A DNA stretch of 64,000 bases, from the NCBI RefSeq assembly GCF_001194135.2, contig NC_069002.1, forward strand, positions 480,903 to 544,902, given 5' to 3'. A program made the position numbers and the translations under genes. Below the pieces are notes generated by a model. It was not told where the DNA came from. It made no database searches and saw nothing but the letters and a program-made list of their open reading frames with translations. Each line of letters begins with the position of its first letter. Positions within the stretch are counted from its first letter, which is position 1. Positions 1 through 14,340 of the stretch are shown here, one piece after another. This stretch comes from Octopus bimaculoides (lineage: Eukaryota).

Positions 1-453
1 ACTGTATGTATGTATAAAGCCAGCGAGCTGAAAAACTGAGAATATACGTGAAAAGGCTATACGCAATATCATACTTTTCATCCTTTCATTTTTTTCCTAC
101 CGCTTCTAATTCTATAGACATACATATATACCTACAGCTGATACGCGCGCGTACAGGCACTAATTCATACAAGTATACACGTATATGTAGGTGCGTATAT
201 AAAAAATACATACATTTACATACATATATATCTTCATCCACTTATACATACGTACCTGCATAGATAAGTACAATACGTCTCTATATATGCACATATCTAA
301 ACGCTTATATATAAAAGCATTCATTGAAATATACACCTAGGCACGTGCACGTGCGTCCACAATCAAACATATATACACGTATATATATATATATATATAT
401 ATATATNNNNNNNNNNNNNNNNNNNNNNNNNNNNNNNNNNATATATATGTATG

Positions 454-491
<38 letters not shown>

Positions 492-809
492 TAAACAGAC
501 GCGTTCACATATAAGCATATATACACTCTTTTTATTGAGGTAATGTTCTTTTTAAAGTTATTGATGTTGAATACAAACAAATATATTACAATATATAGTG
601 TGTTAATACACATAGAATATGGGTGTATATATTTTTTTTTCATAACCGTATAAAGTGCGTTATGTATGCGAGTGCGAGGACTCTCTTGCGTACAATCGTT
701 CACACTAGCTTTCATATAAATATGCGCGATGTGTGTATGTAGATATTCCTGCATACACATGACCGTACTCCATTATTCATACATACAAATATACATATGT
801 ACTATATAC

Positions 810-850
<41 letters not shown>

Positions 851-1372
851 CACACATTTATGTAAAAATGTGTGTGTACATATATGCATACATACATATA
901 TATATATATGCACAAACCCACGTGTGAATACATGAATATATATAAATATCTGTAAACACGAATGTATGAATGTGTATGGAAGGTTTTCTATATGTATATA
1001 TATGTATAATGCCGTGTGTATATTTTGTATAACTCTGTGTGTGTGTGTTTTTGTGTGTGTATGTGCGAGTGTGTATACAGTTGTAAGAATTGTTTTAATA
1101 CAAGGTATTTGAAAAACAAACGTTGTTTTATACGCACTGGGACACGCAGAAATAGCGCACAGTTATGCATAGTCACTCAAACACACAGACACATACACAT
1201 ACTTTCCGTCTATATACACACACCAATGTATAAATAACTGCATGCATACACGCAAATATAATACATACATACATACATACAAGCTCATTTATATATGCAA
1301 GGTGATGTGTACCGTAAAATATATGTAGAGATATATGCAAATACATACGTATACATTTACACAAATGTACAT

Positions 1373-1423
<51 letters not shown>

Positions 1424-3326
1424 CACACACACAAGTATTCAGATTTATATACCTACACAAACATATATCTACATCACGTATGTATTTACAAGTATAGGTT
1501 TTGAAGAGACAAATACACACACACCGATTACACACATAGACACATGCATACGTACAACCGACAACATTACATATTCATGTGTAAGTCGATGCATATGTAT
1601 GCTGTACGCTTGACCACACAAGTCTAGTCCTTTACCCGGACAATGTCATCAAAAGTCCTGCATTTTAGATATACATTAACGCACCAACCCCGCCATCCCT
1701 TCTTTCACACGTCTTGAAAGAAGATAACTCTCGAGGACAAAGAAAAAGACATCAAGCAATAAAAATCGTATCAAAGAACTAGCAAAGGCTGGACGCGAAC
1801 TTGCAGATGAGGCTGAAGAAAATTCTGCCAGACTTGTTTATATGTTTTTGTTCAAAAGTTTTTATGTTTTTATTATATTTTGAAAGAGTTATCTTCTGCG
1901 TTTATTTGCCTATTTTCTTCTTTGTTTGTTGTTTTTTTCTTATCTTCGCTTCTTCAATGATCTGATCTTTTTATTTTTCGCTAAAATGTCGTTCCGCCTA
2001 TATTTCGGTCTCTACTTGCTGTTGCTGCAACCGCTGTTGTTGTGGTTGCTTTGGTGTATGCTGCATTTATTGCATTTGTTTGTGTTTGTTTCGTTTTATA
2101 TATTTATTTTATTGTTGCTGTTGTTTTTGTTGCTGATGCTTGCCCTAATTGCTGCTGCTGCTGCTGCAGTTTTTGTTGTTGCTAACGATGAGTTTGCGCT
2201 TGTTGCTGCTGCTGTTGATGATGATGATGATGTTTGTGAAGCATGTATTTGTTGTTGACTTGTTTTTTACACTTCGTTATTTGTCATTTTCTGTTGTTGT
2301 ACTGGCTGTTGATTTTTCACTAATTTATTAACTAATCTTATCTTTCCCCTCACACTTCTTACTTTCCTCCTCCTCCTCCTCCTTATACACATACATGCAC
2401 GCGCGCATACACACACACACACACACACACGTACACGTACACACACGCACGCACGAGCGCAAATTTATATATATACAAATGGCCGCCCCGCTGATGTCTC
2501 CATTGAACTATTCTGACAACCAAAATTTCATGACATCGTAACACCACCACCACCACCACCTCAACCGTTAACGCAAAAACTGGCCCCTAAAAAAACAGAA
2601 TAAAAACAAAGCAAAAAGAGTCAGGAACCACGACGACAACAGCATAAACAATAACAAGCTCTAGGAAACACCGGAGAAAGTAATTGGGACAACAACAACA
2701 ACGAGAACAATCACACCCGTCTTCGTAAACAAACAAAAGGGAATAATAATAATAATAATAATAATAGTAATAATAATAATAATAATAATGATGATGATGA
2801 TGATGATAATGATGATGATGATAATAGTAATAATAATATTAATAGAAACAAGTATACAAAACAAAACAATGAATTGTGTGCAAACTAACAAGAAGAAGAA
2901 CAACAAAAAAGGCTATGAAAGCATAAACGATAAGAACAACAACAACAATGAGAAGACGTCATCAACAATCAACGGAAAACGTAACGGGACGTTGCAATGA
3001 TAACAACAATAACAACAACAACAACCGTAGCCAGTTGAAGGAGGCCGGAACCAGGTGGTCGTCAAACTGCACAACCCTTTACCTAGAAATAGCAACCAAA
3101 TCTCTATCGACTCAAAGTATGATTCTTTGGAAACGTTCTTCTTTTATTGGGTTCGGTCTTTGGACTGCGTCCGTGCTGGAGCACCGCATACAATGGTTTA
3201 TATTGATTGGAAGACCAGTGCTTATTTCAGTTTAATATTTAGTTTCTGGAACATGACGAAACGCTAGGTTAGAGACCGCAAAAAAGACGCTTCTTCAATA
3301 GCAACGTTTTCGCTTTGATTTTGTAA

Positions 3327-3390
<64 letters not shown>

Positions 3391-3625
3391 NNNNNNNNNN
3401 NNNNNNNNNNNNNNNNNNNNNNNNNNNNNNNNNNNNNNNNNNNNNNNNNNNNNNNNNNNNNNNNNNNNNNNNNNNNNNNNNNNNNNNNNNNNNNNNNNNN
3501 NNNNNNNNNNNNNNNNNNNNNNNNNNNNNNNNNNNNNNNNNNNNNNNNNNNNNNNNNNNNNNNNNNNNNNNNNNNNNNNNNNNNNNNNNNNNNNNNNNNN
3601 NNNNNNNNNNNNNNNNNNNNNNNNN

Positions 3626-3686
<61 letters not shown>

Positions 3687-3850
3687 AGTCTGCTAGAGTT
3701 GCTGGAGCTACCGCCGCCACCACCACCACTACTGTCCGAATACTGATCATCGCCATGAAATGCAATCGTCAAAATGCCATTATGCATTCATTAAAGTGAA
3801 TGAGTGTCATGTGATGTTAGTGATGGTGGCGGATGGTGGCACACGTCACC

Positions 3851-3942
3851 GGTGGTGATGACGGTAGTGCGGACATAGGTGGTGATGACGGTAGTGCGGA
3901 CATAGGTGGTGATGACGGTAGTGCGGACATAGGTGGTGATGA
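3851..3942. repeat. 27-bp minisatellite, about 3.4 copies (ggtggtgatgacggtagtgcggacata)
   Basis: Three exact copies plus a partial copy, read directly from the sequence. Confidence 0.95.
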
Positions 3943-5110
3943 TGCTGAGTGTGTGTGTACGCGTGTGTGCATGAATATATACGACTTTGTGCGCTTGTTT
4001 TGCTGCCGTAGAGTATGTCTGTATGTAATTACAGACATACTTCTGTGTGCCTATGTTTGTCAATGTAATGTAAGTCCAATTCTCAAAAATTGCACTTCGC
4101 TCTCTCCCACCGCCGCCAATACTTCCTCTTCACTTACAAGAAATCCACCTCACCACGTCCCACCCACGCCAACATGGCAGCCGTGATAGAGCTTTCGTTA
4201 AAGTAATTTACAAACCATAAAAAAAGAAACCCATGTTTCTGAAACATATCCACATCTGCATGTTGATATTTTTACATATGCACATATGCTACACACGTGC
4301 ATATATTTATATGGACATACACACATGCACACATATATATGTACCTAAAAATAACTAAAAATGCATATATGCTTACACACATACTCGTGTGCGCATGCAA
4401 ACACACATGCACGCACATACACTTATATAAGTATTTATGTGTGTGTGTGTGTGCGTGTGAGTGTGTGTGTCTAATATGGCGCCGGTTTGTTCAAAGACAA
4501 AACCAGACATTTTACACCTCAAGGCCACGATTGTGACGATTTGTATCCTGTACGCTTCCTGATTGGGTCAGTGACAACTGAACCTTTACCAAGAGAAGGC
4601 TTCCATCTCTGGTCTCGTCAACAACAGACAGTTTTATGTTTTAAATAACTGTAGACATCAAATAAAATCGAAGTCAACCCAAATCTTCCACAAAATGAAT
4701 AAATATTATGAAGATCGATATATTTGCTCAACAAAACGAAAATAGATATGTTTATAAACTGTGAAAATTTGCATGGGAGCCACTGGTTGCTGTCGATAAT
4801 ACGGTGAAGAGGTTGTGAAAGATCATATACATTTAAGGTCAAGGTTGTCATAGCAATTCATCCAGGCAGGTCACGTGATTCATCAAAAAGACGATTCTAC
4901 TCACTTCCCCTTATTACGTTGCAAATTCACCCAACATGAAGATCCATATTCAATCATATTCACTGGTATTGTTTACATATGAACCTATGTTAAAGTGTAC
5001 GTGCGTGCGTTTATAAATATACATACAAAGATATATATGCATATATATATACACTTCAATATATATATGCATATATGTGCGTGTATGTGTTTCATACAAA
5101 CACAAACTTC

Positions 5111-5144
<34 letters not shown>

Positions 5145-5590
5145 TATATGTGTGTATACATATATATGTGTATGAGTGCATGTGTGTATGTGTATGTATG
5201 TTATTGTGTCAATCACATGTACATATGTTCGGATGTATGAAATGAAATTGCTAATCACCAAACCACATATACCAAATACAATATTTGAAGAATAAAGCTA
5301 CAATAACAAAAGCACAAACATCAAAAACAATAATAACGACAACAACAACATCGGTAGCGGCAATAACAATGACAATAACAATCATAATAACAATCGGAAT
5401 AATTGGTTTCAATTATTTGAAGACAAGGAAGATGACATGCATAGCACACGTCATGTTGAGGATGATGATGGTTACGACCATTACGACGACGACGACGACG
5501 ACGCCGGCGACAACTATGAGAATCTAGAGAGCAAAAAAACAAAAGGAATATATATTCCATTACATTAATAAAGGTTAGACATTCACATGT

Positions 5591-5624
<34 letters not shown>

Positions 5625-5634
5625 NNNNNNNNNN

Positions 5635-5668
<34 letters not shown>

Positions 5669-5686
5669 CATACACACACACGTAGA

Positions 5687-5848
5687 GGCGTAGGTGTGGC
5701 AAGAGGCTTGTTTCCTAACCACATGGTTCTGGGATCAGTCCCACTGTGTTGAATCTTAGGCAAATGTCTTCTTTTATAAGCTCGGGTTGACCAAAACTTT
5801 GTGAATGGACTTAGTGGCCGAAGACAAATAAGCCCGTTGTGCACACAC

Positions 5849-5884
<36 letters not shown>

Positions 5885-6088
5885 GTGTGAGTGTGTGTAT
5901 GTATGTGTGTGATTCTCTGTCTCTCACTACAGCTTGAAGACTGCAAAAAAGTACCCGACAGAATATATACCAGACTTTAAAAAGAGGGAAAAAAGATGAA
6001 CTGGTTTCGATTCTTGGACAAAGCATTCTTCAAGGTGGTACCTAAGCATGGCCGTAGTCTAGTGACTGAAACAGGTAAAGCATAAAAT
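5687..6088 (+). mobile_element. tRNA-derived SINE family B with an internal (TA)n/(TG)n microsatellite
   Basis: 5' module ggcgtaggtgtggcaagaggcttg...cagtcccactg...aagcccg, then a microsatellite, then 3' module ...ttcttcaaggtggtacctaagcatggccgtagtc...tgactgaaacagg. Modules recur at 39346, 47625 and 49916 (+) and at 14410, 37470, 39040 and 62610 (-). Confidence 0.8.
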
Positions 6089-6219
6089 GTCTCTAATTAT
6101 ATATATCTGCACACACACACACACACACATACGCACACACATATATATATAAATAAATATTCATATTATATGCATATATATATATATATGTATATTCATA
6201 CATATATATATGTATATTC

Positions 6220-6297
<78 letters not shown>

Positions 6298-6959
6298 CCA
6301 CACACATATATATATACACACACACACACACATACATATATGCATATATATATACATACATAAATACATTTACACACATCTACCGATCTTCACACACGCA
6401 CACACACGCGTGCGCGCATATGCCTCAATTTTTTTCCCCTTGTTTTAGTTCGTTTGCCTTTTCCTTCGTTTTCCTCTCTCTTTCTCCCACCACCGCCACC
6501 ATAACCACCACGGTTACCATCGCCATCGCTAACATAGCTAGCACCCCCACTGTTCTCCCCACCTCATTCCCACCAGATATCTCATCATCTTTCAGAATAT
6601 TCTCTGTGTTCATATTTCAGAAATGCTCAGAGCTGCTAATCCATCAGAAATCTCCAAAACATTAAAGGAATTGGATGGATTTGCAAGAGAACTCCAAGAA
6701 TGGAGAATAATGCCAAAGACAAAGAAAAAAATAAAAGAGAAAAAATTCTTAACTAAACACAAAACAAGAAGCATATGGTTTTACATACAATTACGACACA
6801 CACACACACACACACATACATACATATATATATATGTAAACATATACATATATGCATATGCATTTAAATACACACACACACATATATATATACATACATC
6901 CATGTATATATATAAATATATATATGTATATATATATACATACGTATATTTATATTTAT

Positions 6960-7079
<120 letters not shown>

Positions 7080-7460
7080 ATGTGTGTGTGTAAGCCCACG
7101 CTTCCTGTCGAAGAAATTGGCATTGTGCAAGAGTGAGATTGCAAGAAATGAGAGAGAAAGAGAGAGTCGGACGGGGGGTGGGGTGAGGTTGAGTGAGAGA
7201 GTGGAAAAGAGAAAGAGTGAGGAAGTGCGAGACGGAGAGAGAAAGCGACGAAAAAGGACAGGTATTCTCTCTGAAAGAGAGAGAGAGAGAGAGAGAGAGA
7301 ATTGAGGAGTATACCAATAAACATTCATAGGTAATTAACTGCGTCTACACTGACACAGAAACACACCTATGCATACATATGCACATATATGTATGCATCG
7401 ATATATATCTATATCTATCTATCTATGTATGTATCTCTCTCTCTCTCTCTNNNNNNNNNN

Positions 7461-7512
<52 letters not shown>

Positions 7513-8170
7513 GCGCATATATGTATACATACACGCACAACCAAAGTTATAGACTGAAATGCACCACTACCACACATGAATCGCATTATGACAATCTTCA
7601 CCCCCCTCCTCCTCCTCATCATCACCATCACCATCATCTAGCAGCATAAAATAACATCAACACCAAACGTCATAATAATAATAATAATAATAATAACATT
7701 AATGATAACAATATGAATAGTAATGATAATTATAGTAAGCGTAGTAGTAACAGTAGTTGGAGTGTTATCAATGATACTACTAATATTACAACCAGTAGAA
7801 CTAAAAACTAAGAGAGAAAGGAGCGACGCTAATAGTTGTTGTAGCTTGAGTGTTAGTATTGGGATTAGTGGTAGTATTACCACTACCACAGCCACAACAA
7901 CCACAAGAGCATAAATAACAACATAATAATAATAAGAAGAATATTGACAATGATAACCAGAAACAACGAACGGCTTAGCCGAATAAACGTAGCAAGTGCA
8001 ATAGCGTTTATATATATNNNNNNNNNNNNNNNNNNNNNNNNNNNNNNNNNNNNNNNNNNNNNNNNNNNNNNNNNNNNNNNNNNNNNNNNNNNNNNNNNNN
8101 NNNNNATATATATATATATGTATATATGTAAACATTTTTACTTATTAATACTTTTGTCTTTTGCTATTGC

Positions 8171-8225
<55 letters not shown>

Positions 8226-9216
8226 GTGATTCTTTGTTGTATTGTTGGCACAATAGTGCAATAAGAGCGAAGTAATAAATAGAGTTGATACTCTGACTGA
8301 TAACAAACTTGGGATTTTTCATTTATAAATATCACTTTCATTTCAATTACCAAAAAAGAAAAAGAAAACTAAGACAAAAAGAAAAAAGAGAAGGAAAGGT
8401 AGAAGATGAATGCTTGTTTCTTCTGCTGTGGAGACACAACTTCTGACTGCGAAGTGCGAACCAAAATATACAGATGTGTAGATGTATATGCATGTATCTA
8501 TCTGTCTATCTTCAGTACGTATATCATAAGCAGGCACGCATACGAATATCATAACGGGTTCTATCTATCTATCTTATCTGTATGTATGCATATTATACGT
8601 GTGCGTATACACACACACACACACACACACATATCATCGGTTATTTTGGCAAGACAGTGATCTATATCTATCAGAAGAGTCCATGTCAATGGATTTTCAA
8701 AAACTCAGTAGGTAAAATTAATCCTGTGCCGGCACTTGAAGTTTACCTCGTGTTTTCTTTTTAGTAGATCTGTTATTACATCCTTGTCTCAGGAATGCCA
8801 CTAAACAACTGAGTAATGGTGGGTGAAAGTGGCGTGAGTCAAAATAATATGTGCGCGCGCGCACACACACACATACATACACACACACAAACAGACATAT
8901 ATACATATGTATGCAAATAAAATAAACACTCCAATTCATATATTGAGTTCTTTTCAACTTGTCCGTAAACTTGTTTGTAAGTAGACATATTTGTAAATTC
9001 AACCGTGTTGAGATACTTATATATGTGTGTGTGTATGTTTGTATGTGTGTGTGTATATATATATATATAATGACATTATTTCACTGGTGGTGTTTACAAT
9101 ATTGTCCCACACAGAATAATGTGAGAGGAATATTATTTTCACAACACCTTTAGAAATTACTTCAGCTCCACAGTAAATACGATATACGAAAGAAAAAATA
9201 TACCATCTGATAGCCA

Positions 9217-9257
<41 letters not shown>

Positions 9258-10362
9258 TTTTTAAGTTTTCCACCATTAGAGTAGCAATAATAATAATGAT
9301 AATAATAACAATAATAGTAAAGGAAATAAGTAATAATAGAAGAATGATTCCTCTCCTTGATATATATGTATGTATGCATGTGTGTATATATATATATATA
9401 TATATAAACACATACATATAGGATTATAATAATAATAGACATAAATAGTAATAACAACAATAATACTGTTAATAAGAAATATGAAAGGAAAAGTGTGTGG
9501 TGGGTAGTATATNNNNNNNNNNNNNNNNNNNNNNNNNNNNNNNNNNNNNNNNNNNNNNNNNNNNNNNNNNNNNNNNNNNNNNNNNNNNNNNNNNNNNNNN
9601 NNNNNNNNNNNNNNNNNNNNNNNNNNNNNNNNNNNNNNNNNNNNNNNNNNNNNNNNNNNNNNNNNNNNNNNNNNNNNNNNNNNNNNNNNNNNNNNNNNNN
9701 NNNNNNNNNNNNNNNNNNNNNNNNNNNNNNNNNNNNNNNNNNNNNNNNNNNNNNNNNNNNNNNNNNNNNNNNNNNNNNNNNNNNNNNNNNNNNNNNNNNN
9801 NNNNNNNNNNNNNNNNNNNNNNNNNNNNNNNNNNNNNNNNNNNNNNNNNNNNNNNNNNNNNNATTGGTTTCTCTCTTCCATTGAAGATTTGTCGGTGGGG
9901 AGGGGGGAAGCACACACATTCGCACAAACACAGGAACGGCACCAGAAACCCACAAACAGCACCTGAATAGAATCATATTGGTTATAGAAAATTTTTCTTC
10001 ATCGCTAATATTTCAGAAACTTCCGGCTGAGAGACATTCAGGAGCATGCGTATACACAAACATCCGCTAAAGTACAGAATTGAAGCAAAGTGATTTTCTT
10101 TTTGCGAAGAGACAAAACAAACTGTAACGATGTGGAACCGAATAATGTATATGTGTGTGTGTTTGTGTCTGTGTGTACATATACATATATATATAGAGAG
10201 AAACGCACGCACACACATTTACATTATATCCACGTATATTATATTATGCAAATTAGTTTTTAAAATACTTGTGTACGTAGGTGATTGTATAGTTTTTATT
10301 TGTGAACAGTTTTAGCTATATGAGTGGTTGCTTGTGCATAGAAACAGTGTGTGTGTGTGTGT

Positions 10363-10425
<63 letters not shown>

Positions 10426-11471
10426 CGCAGAAATTTGCGTTTGTTTTAAGTGTTCGATGAGCAGTGGATATGTATCAGTTTCGTATGAGCAATATCATAG
10501 TTGGAGTCGTGAAGTTTACAACCATTACACATACAATCACACGTGTAGCTTCCATTAGTCATTAGCTGATTGTTGGACGGTTTACACGCTTCTGGTTAAT
10601 TGCTGTTATGGTGCGTATGAAACTGTTGTGGCTCTACACTACCATATACCTTGTGTTGATGTGACAATGACTATGTAGTCTTTATGTTATCACGCTATCG
10701 ATGTCTTCTATTTGTACATTTGTGAAGCAGCAATGGCCGTCTGTGGTCGTTTGTTGATATGCTACCTTGTGTTGTGATATGCTACCTTGTGTTGTGCATC
10801 TGTGCGGTTGTTATATTGATTCTATGAGTAGTTATGTTGTTGCAGCGTTGGGATGCACTTATGTTGTATCATTATGGTCCAGTGGCATTGTGAGGATGTT
10901 GTGTTGTGCGGTTGTTGAGTTTGTTGTGCAGTTGCGGCGGTGTTCGTTGTGCTGTTGTAATGTTATCGATTTTGTTACGATGCATAATAACTGCAATCGC
11001 TATTGTTGATATTAGAAGCGTTGTTGATAATGGATGCCTTTAACGGTGGCTTCGTTCTGTTGCAAGCATGGAGACCAGATCTCCGCTCGATCGACGATTT
11101 AACCTCATCAGTCACAGAAGTGCTAAAAAGGAATCATACACCCCGTCCTCCCTTTGACTAAACCTTTTACAAATATATTCACATCTCAGAACAACTGTTT
11201 AATATGTCCTTTTTTACGATAAAGATTCATGACACCCTTCTTTGTTTTTTTTCGGGTAGGATTTTGTTTCTATGCCCAGCATGTTAACGAACTACATAGA
11301 GGCTTCCTGATTGGTACATGGAATGGCATACCTTGGAGTTCGGTTATAAATGTGTCGATCGATATTTCGATAAATACAAGAAGAGAGAATTCAAAGAAAA
11401 AAATAGAAATATATAGAAAAAATGTATCTTTGAAATGTGAAACAAAATGGAGAAACAAAATGGCCGCTTAC

Positions 11472-11592
11472 CTCCTTCTGTTGGATCTAGCCGCCTGGCT
11501 CTACGGCCATGCTTTGAGTTATTGTGCACAAACATATTGTCCGATACTGTGAGTAAAGGTCCATCTATTGAGACCACCGTTGAAACAGCGAC
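11472..11592 (-). CDS. COE: COE/EBF (collier) coding exon, 121 nt: [40 protein letters not shown](G)
   Basis: Contains the COE signature [20 protein letters not shown]. Acceptor is ctacag|GTC (phase 0, in frame with the 35384-35465 exon) and donor is GGA G|gtaagc (phase 1). Confidence 0.98.
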
Positions 11593-11867
11593 CTGTAGCG
11601 TTCCGGAGGAGGTGAAGGTAGATTTCGGTGAGAAGAGGTGGAGATGAAAATGGCAGGTGGCGGTAGTAGTTATTGGTAGTAGGGGTAGAGCATTTGTAGT
11701 ATTCGTGATGTTGGTAGTGGTGGCAGTAGCATTGGTGGTGGTGGAAGAATAAGAAAAAGAAAAAGGTAAGTAGAAAAAACATAAATATATAAATAAATGC
11801 ATGTACAAATGAAAAACTGCGAAACTACAACACAAACACACGCACGCCTAAAAGTTTATTTATTTGA

Positions 11868-12135
11868 GTGGGGTAGTGAGTTTGAATCCCGGACCGGGCT
11901 GCGTGTTGTGTTCTCGAGCAAGACACTTTATTTCACGTTGCTCCAGTTCACTCAGCTGTAGAAATGAGTTGTGACGTCATTGGTGCTAAGCTGTACCGGG
12001 CCCCTTTGCTTTTCCCTTGGATAACATCGGTGCCGTGGAGAGGGAAGACTGGCATGCATGGGCGACTGCTGGCCTTCCATAAACAACCTTGCCCGGACTT
12101 GTGCCTGGGAGAGTAACTTTCTAAGTGCAATCCGC
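11868..12135 (+). mobile_element. Family-C-type SINE (CORE-like), head truncated
   Basis: gagtttgaatcccgg (B-box-like)...gttctcgagcaagacactttatttcacgttgctccagttcactcagctgt. Shares the central segment with the 43218 copy. Confidence 0.8.
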
Positions 12136-14192
12136 AATATATATATATGTATAAAATATAGACAATCATGTGCAATGTGTTACCAAAAGCGAACGCTATA
12201 ATTGTCACTAAATATGACGAGGGTGTTAAAACACCTACGTTGCTAGAAATAAGAGCTAAAAGGCTCTAAAGCTGTAGTTAAAGCACATGATTGTATGTGT
12301 ATATATATATATATCTATATATACTTTATTTAAAAGCAGCAGAAATATAACAAAAGACTGTTACTCTGAGTTTGACGTTCCCGTTCATCGGACAGTTTTG
12401 TTAGAAAATCTTACTCCGGTATATATATATATATATATATNNNNNNNNNNNNNNNNNNNNNNNNNNNNNNNNNNNNNNNNNNNNNNNNNNNNNNNNNNNN
12501 NNNNNNNNNNNNNNNNNNNNNNNNNNNNNNNNNNNNNNNNNNNNNNNNNNNNNNNNNNNNNNNNNNNNNNNNNNNNNNNNNNNNNNNNNNNNNNNNNNNN
12601 NNNNNNNNNNNNNNNNNNNNNNNNNNNNNNNNNNNNNNNNNNNNNNNNNNNNNNNNNNNNNNNNNNNNNNNNNNNNNNNNNNNNNNNNNNNNNNNNNNNN
12701 NNNNNNNNNNNNNNNNNNNNNNNNNNNNNNNNNNNNNNNNNNNNNNNNNNNNNNNNNNNNNNNNNNNNNNNNNNNNNNNNNNNNNNNNNNNNNNNNNNNN
12801 NNNNNNNNNNNNNNNNNNNNNNNNNNNNNNNNNNNNNNNNNNNNNNNNNNNNNNNNNNNNNNNNNNNNNNNNNNNNNNNNNNNNNNNNNNNNNNNNNNNN
12901 NNNNNNNNNNNNNNNNNNNNNNNNNNNNNNNNNNNNNNNNNNNNNNNNNNNNNNNNNNNNNNNNNNNNNNNNNNNNNNNNNNNNNNNNNNNNNNNNNNNN
13001 NNNNNNNNNNNNNNNNNNNNNNNNNNNNNNNNNNNNNNNNNNNNNNNNNNNNNNNNNNNNNNNNNNNNNNNNNNNNNNNNNNNNNNNNNNNNNNNNNNNN
13101 NNNNNNNNNNNNNNNNNNNNNNNNNNNNNNNNNNNNNNNNNNNNNNNNNNNNNNNNNNNNNNNNNNNNNNNNNNNNNNNNNNNNNNNNNNNNNNNNNNNN
13201 NNNNNNNNNNNNNNNNNNNNNNNNNNNNNNNNNNNNNNNNNNNNNNNNNNNNNNNNNNNNNNNNNNNNNNNNNNNNNNNNNNNNNNNNNNNNNNNNNNNN
13301 NNNNNNNNNNNNNNNNNNNNNNNNNNNNNNNNNNNNNNNNNNNNNNNNNNNNNNNNNNNNNNNNNNNNNNNNNNNNNNNNNNNNNNNNNNNNNNNNNNNN
13401 NNNNNNNNNNNNNTGCTAGAAATAAGAGCTAAAAGGCTCTAAAGCTGTAGTTAAAGCACATGATTGTATGTGTATATATATATATATGTATATGTATATA
13501 TAAGTATGTATGTATTGTTATATATAAACAAATATTGATGTGTAAACACCGCTTCTTGTGTACACACATATGATACATCAGAAATTTAAAAGAAAAAACC
13601 TGAGAACATAATCAGCAATGAATGACGTTTGGAAAATAAATAGATAACCGAACAGATACACAAACACATTACAGCCGCCATAGAAACCGTGCATTATCAA
13701 TGCCATATTATTGTACTGTATGTTACCAGCTTTGTTGAAGTGTGGCAAGTGGTGCAACGAACACACACGCACATACACACATGCACGCACACACGCAGGC
13801 AGATACTATAAAACAGGTTCAACGAACCATCTCTTCACATACCAACGTTAGAAACTTCTCATTCGCTCTTCCTTTGACTGGGTAGAAATTATACACAAAT
13901 CTTCCGCGAATCATTGCCTAACAGTAATTAAAATGGAAGGACAGAGAACATTGCAGCGTCTGTGTATAGCTAAACTTAGATCTGTCATAAGTCGCAAGGC
14001 ATAAAAGGTCCGGGCTTCACTCAGTTTCCAGCAGCGGAGGTGAGAGAGCTAAACGTACATAAAATGATGATACAATTTTATGTACGTTTCATTAACAATG
14101 AATAATTATTAGTTATTTAATGATGTAAATTATATAAGCAAATTGCATTACCAAGTTCTTGAGAGGTATGTAACATTCGCACTTAATATTGG

Positions 14193-14340
14193 TTTCAAAT
14201 TTTGGCACAAGGAGACCAATTTCGGAGCAGGGTTTAAAATCAATTACATCGACCCCAGTTTTCAACTGGTACTTATTTTATCCACCTTGAAAGGTTGGAA
14301 AGCAAAGTTGACCTTGGCGGCATTTGAACTCAGAACATAA
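14193..14340 (-). mobile_element. Family-A SINE
   Basis: Reverse complement of the family-A body (attacatcgaccccag...gttgaccttggcggcatttgaactcagaac). Confidence 0.82.

Noticed and set aside
1740-1835. Helical-looking peptide RIKELAKAGRELADEAEENSARL
   Set aside because: It has an in-frame stop just upstream, no splice context and no recognisable homology.
6620-6790. + strand acceptor followed by [32 protein letters not shown]
   Set aside because: It looks protein-like but I recognise no family, and there is no convincing donor or partner exon.
11270-11335. ccaag|gtatgc site and the frame GMPFHVPIRKPL just downstream of the COE exon
   Set aside because: It does not resemble the COE linker, ends in a stop, and the acceptor context is weak.
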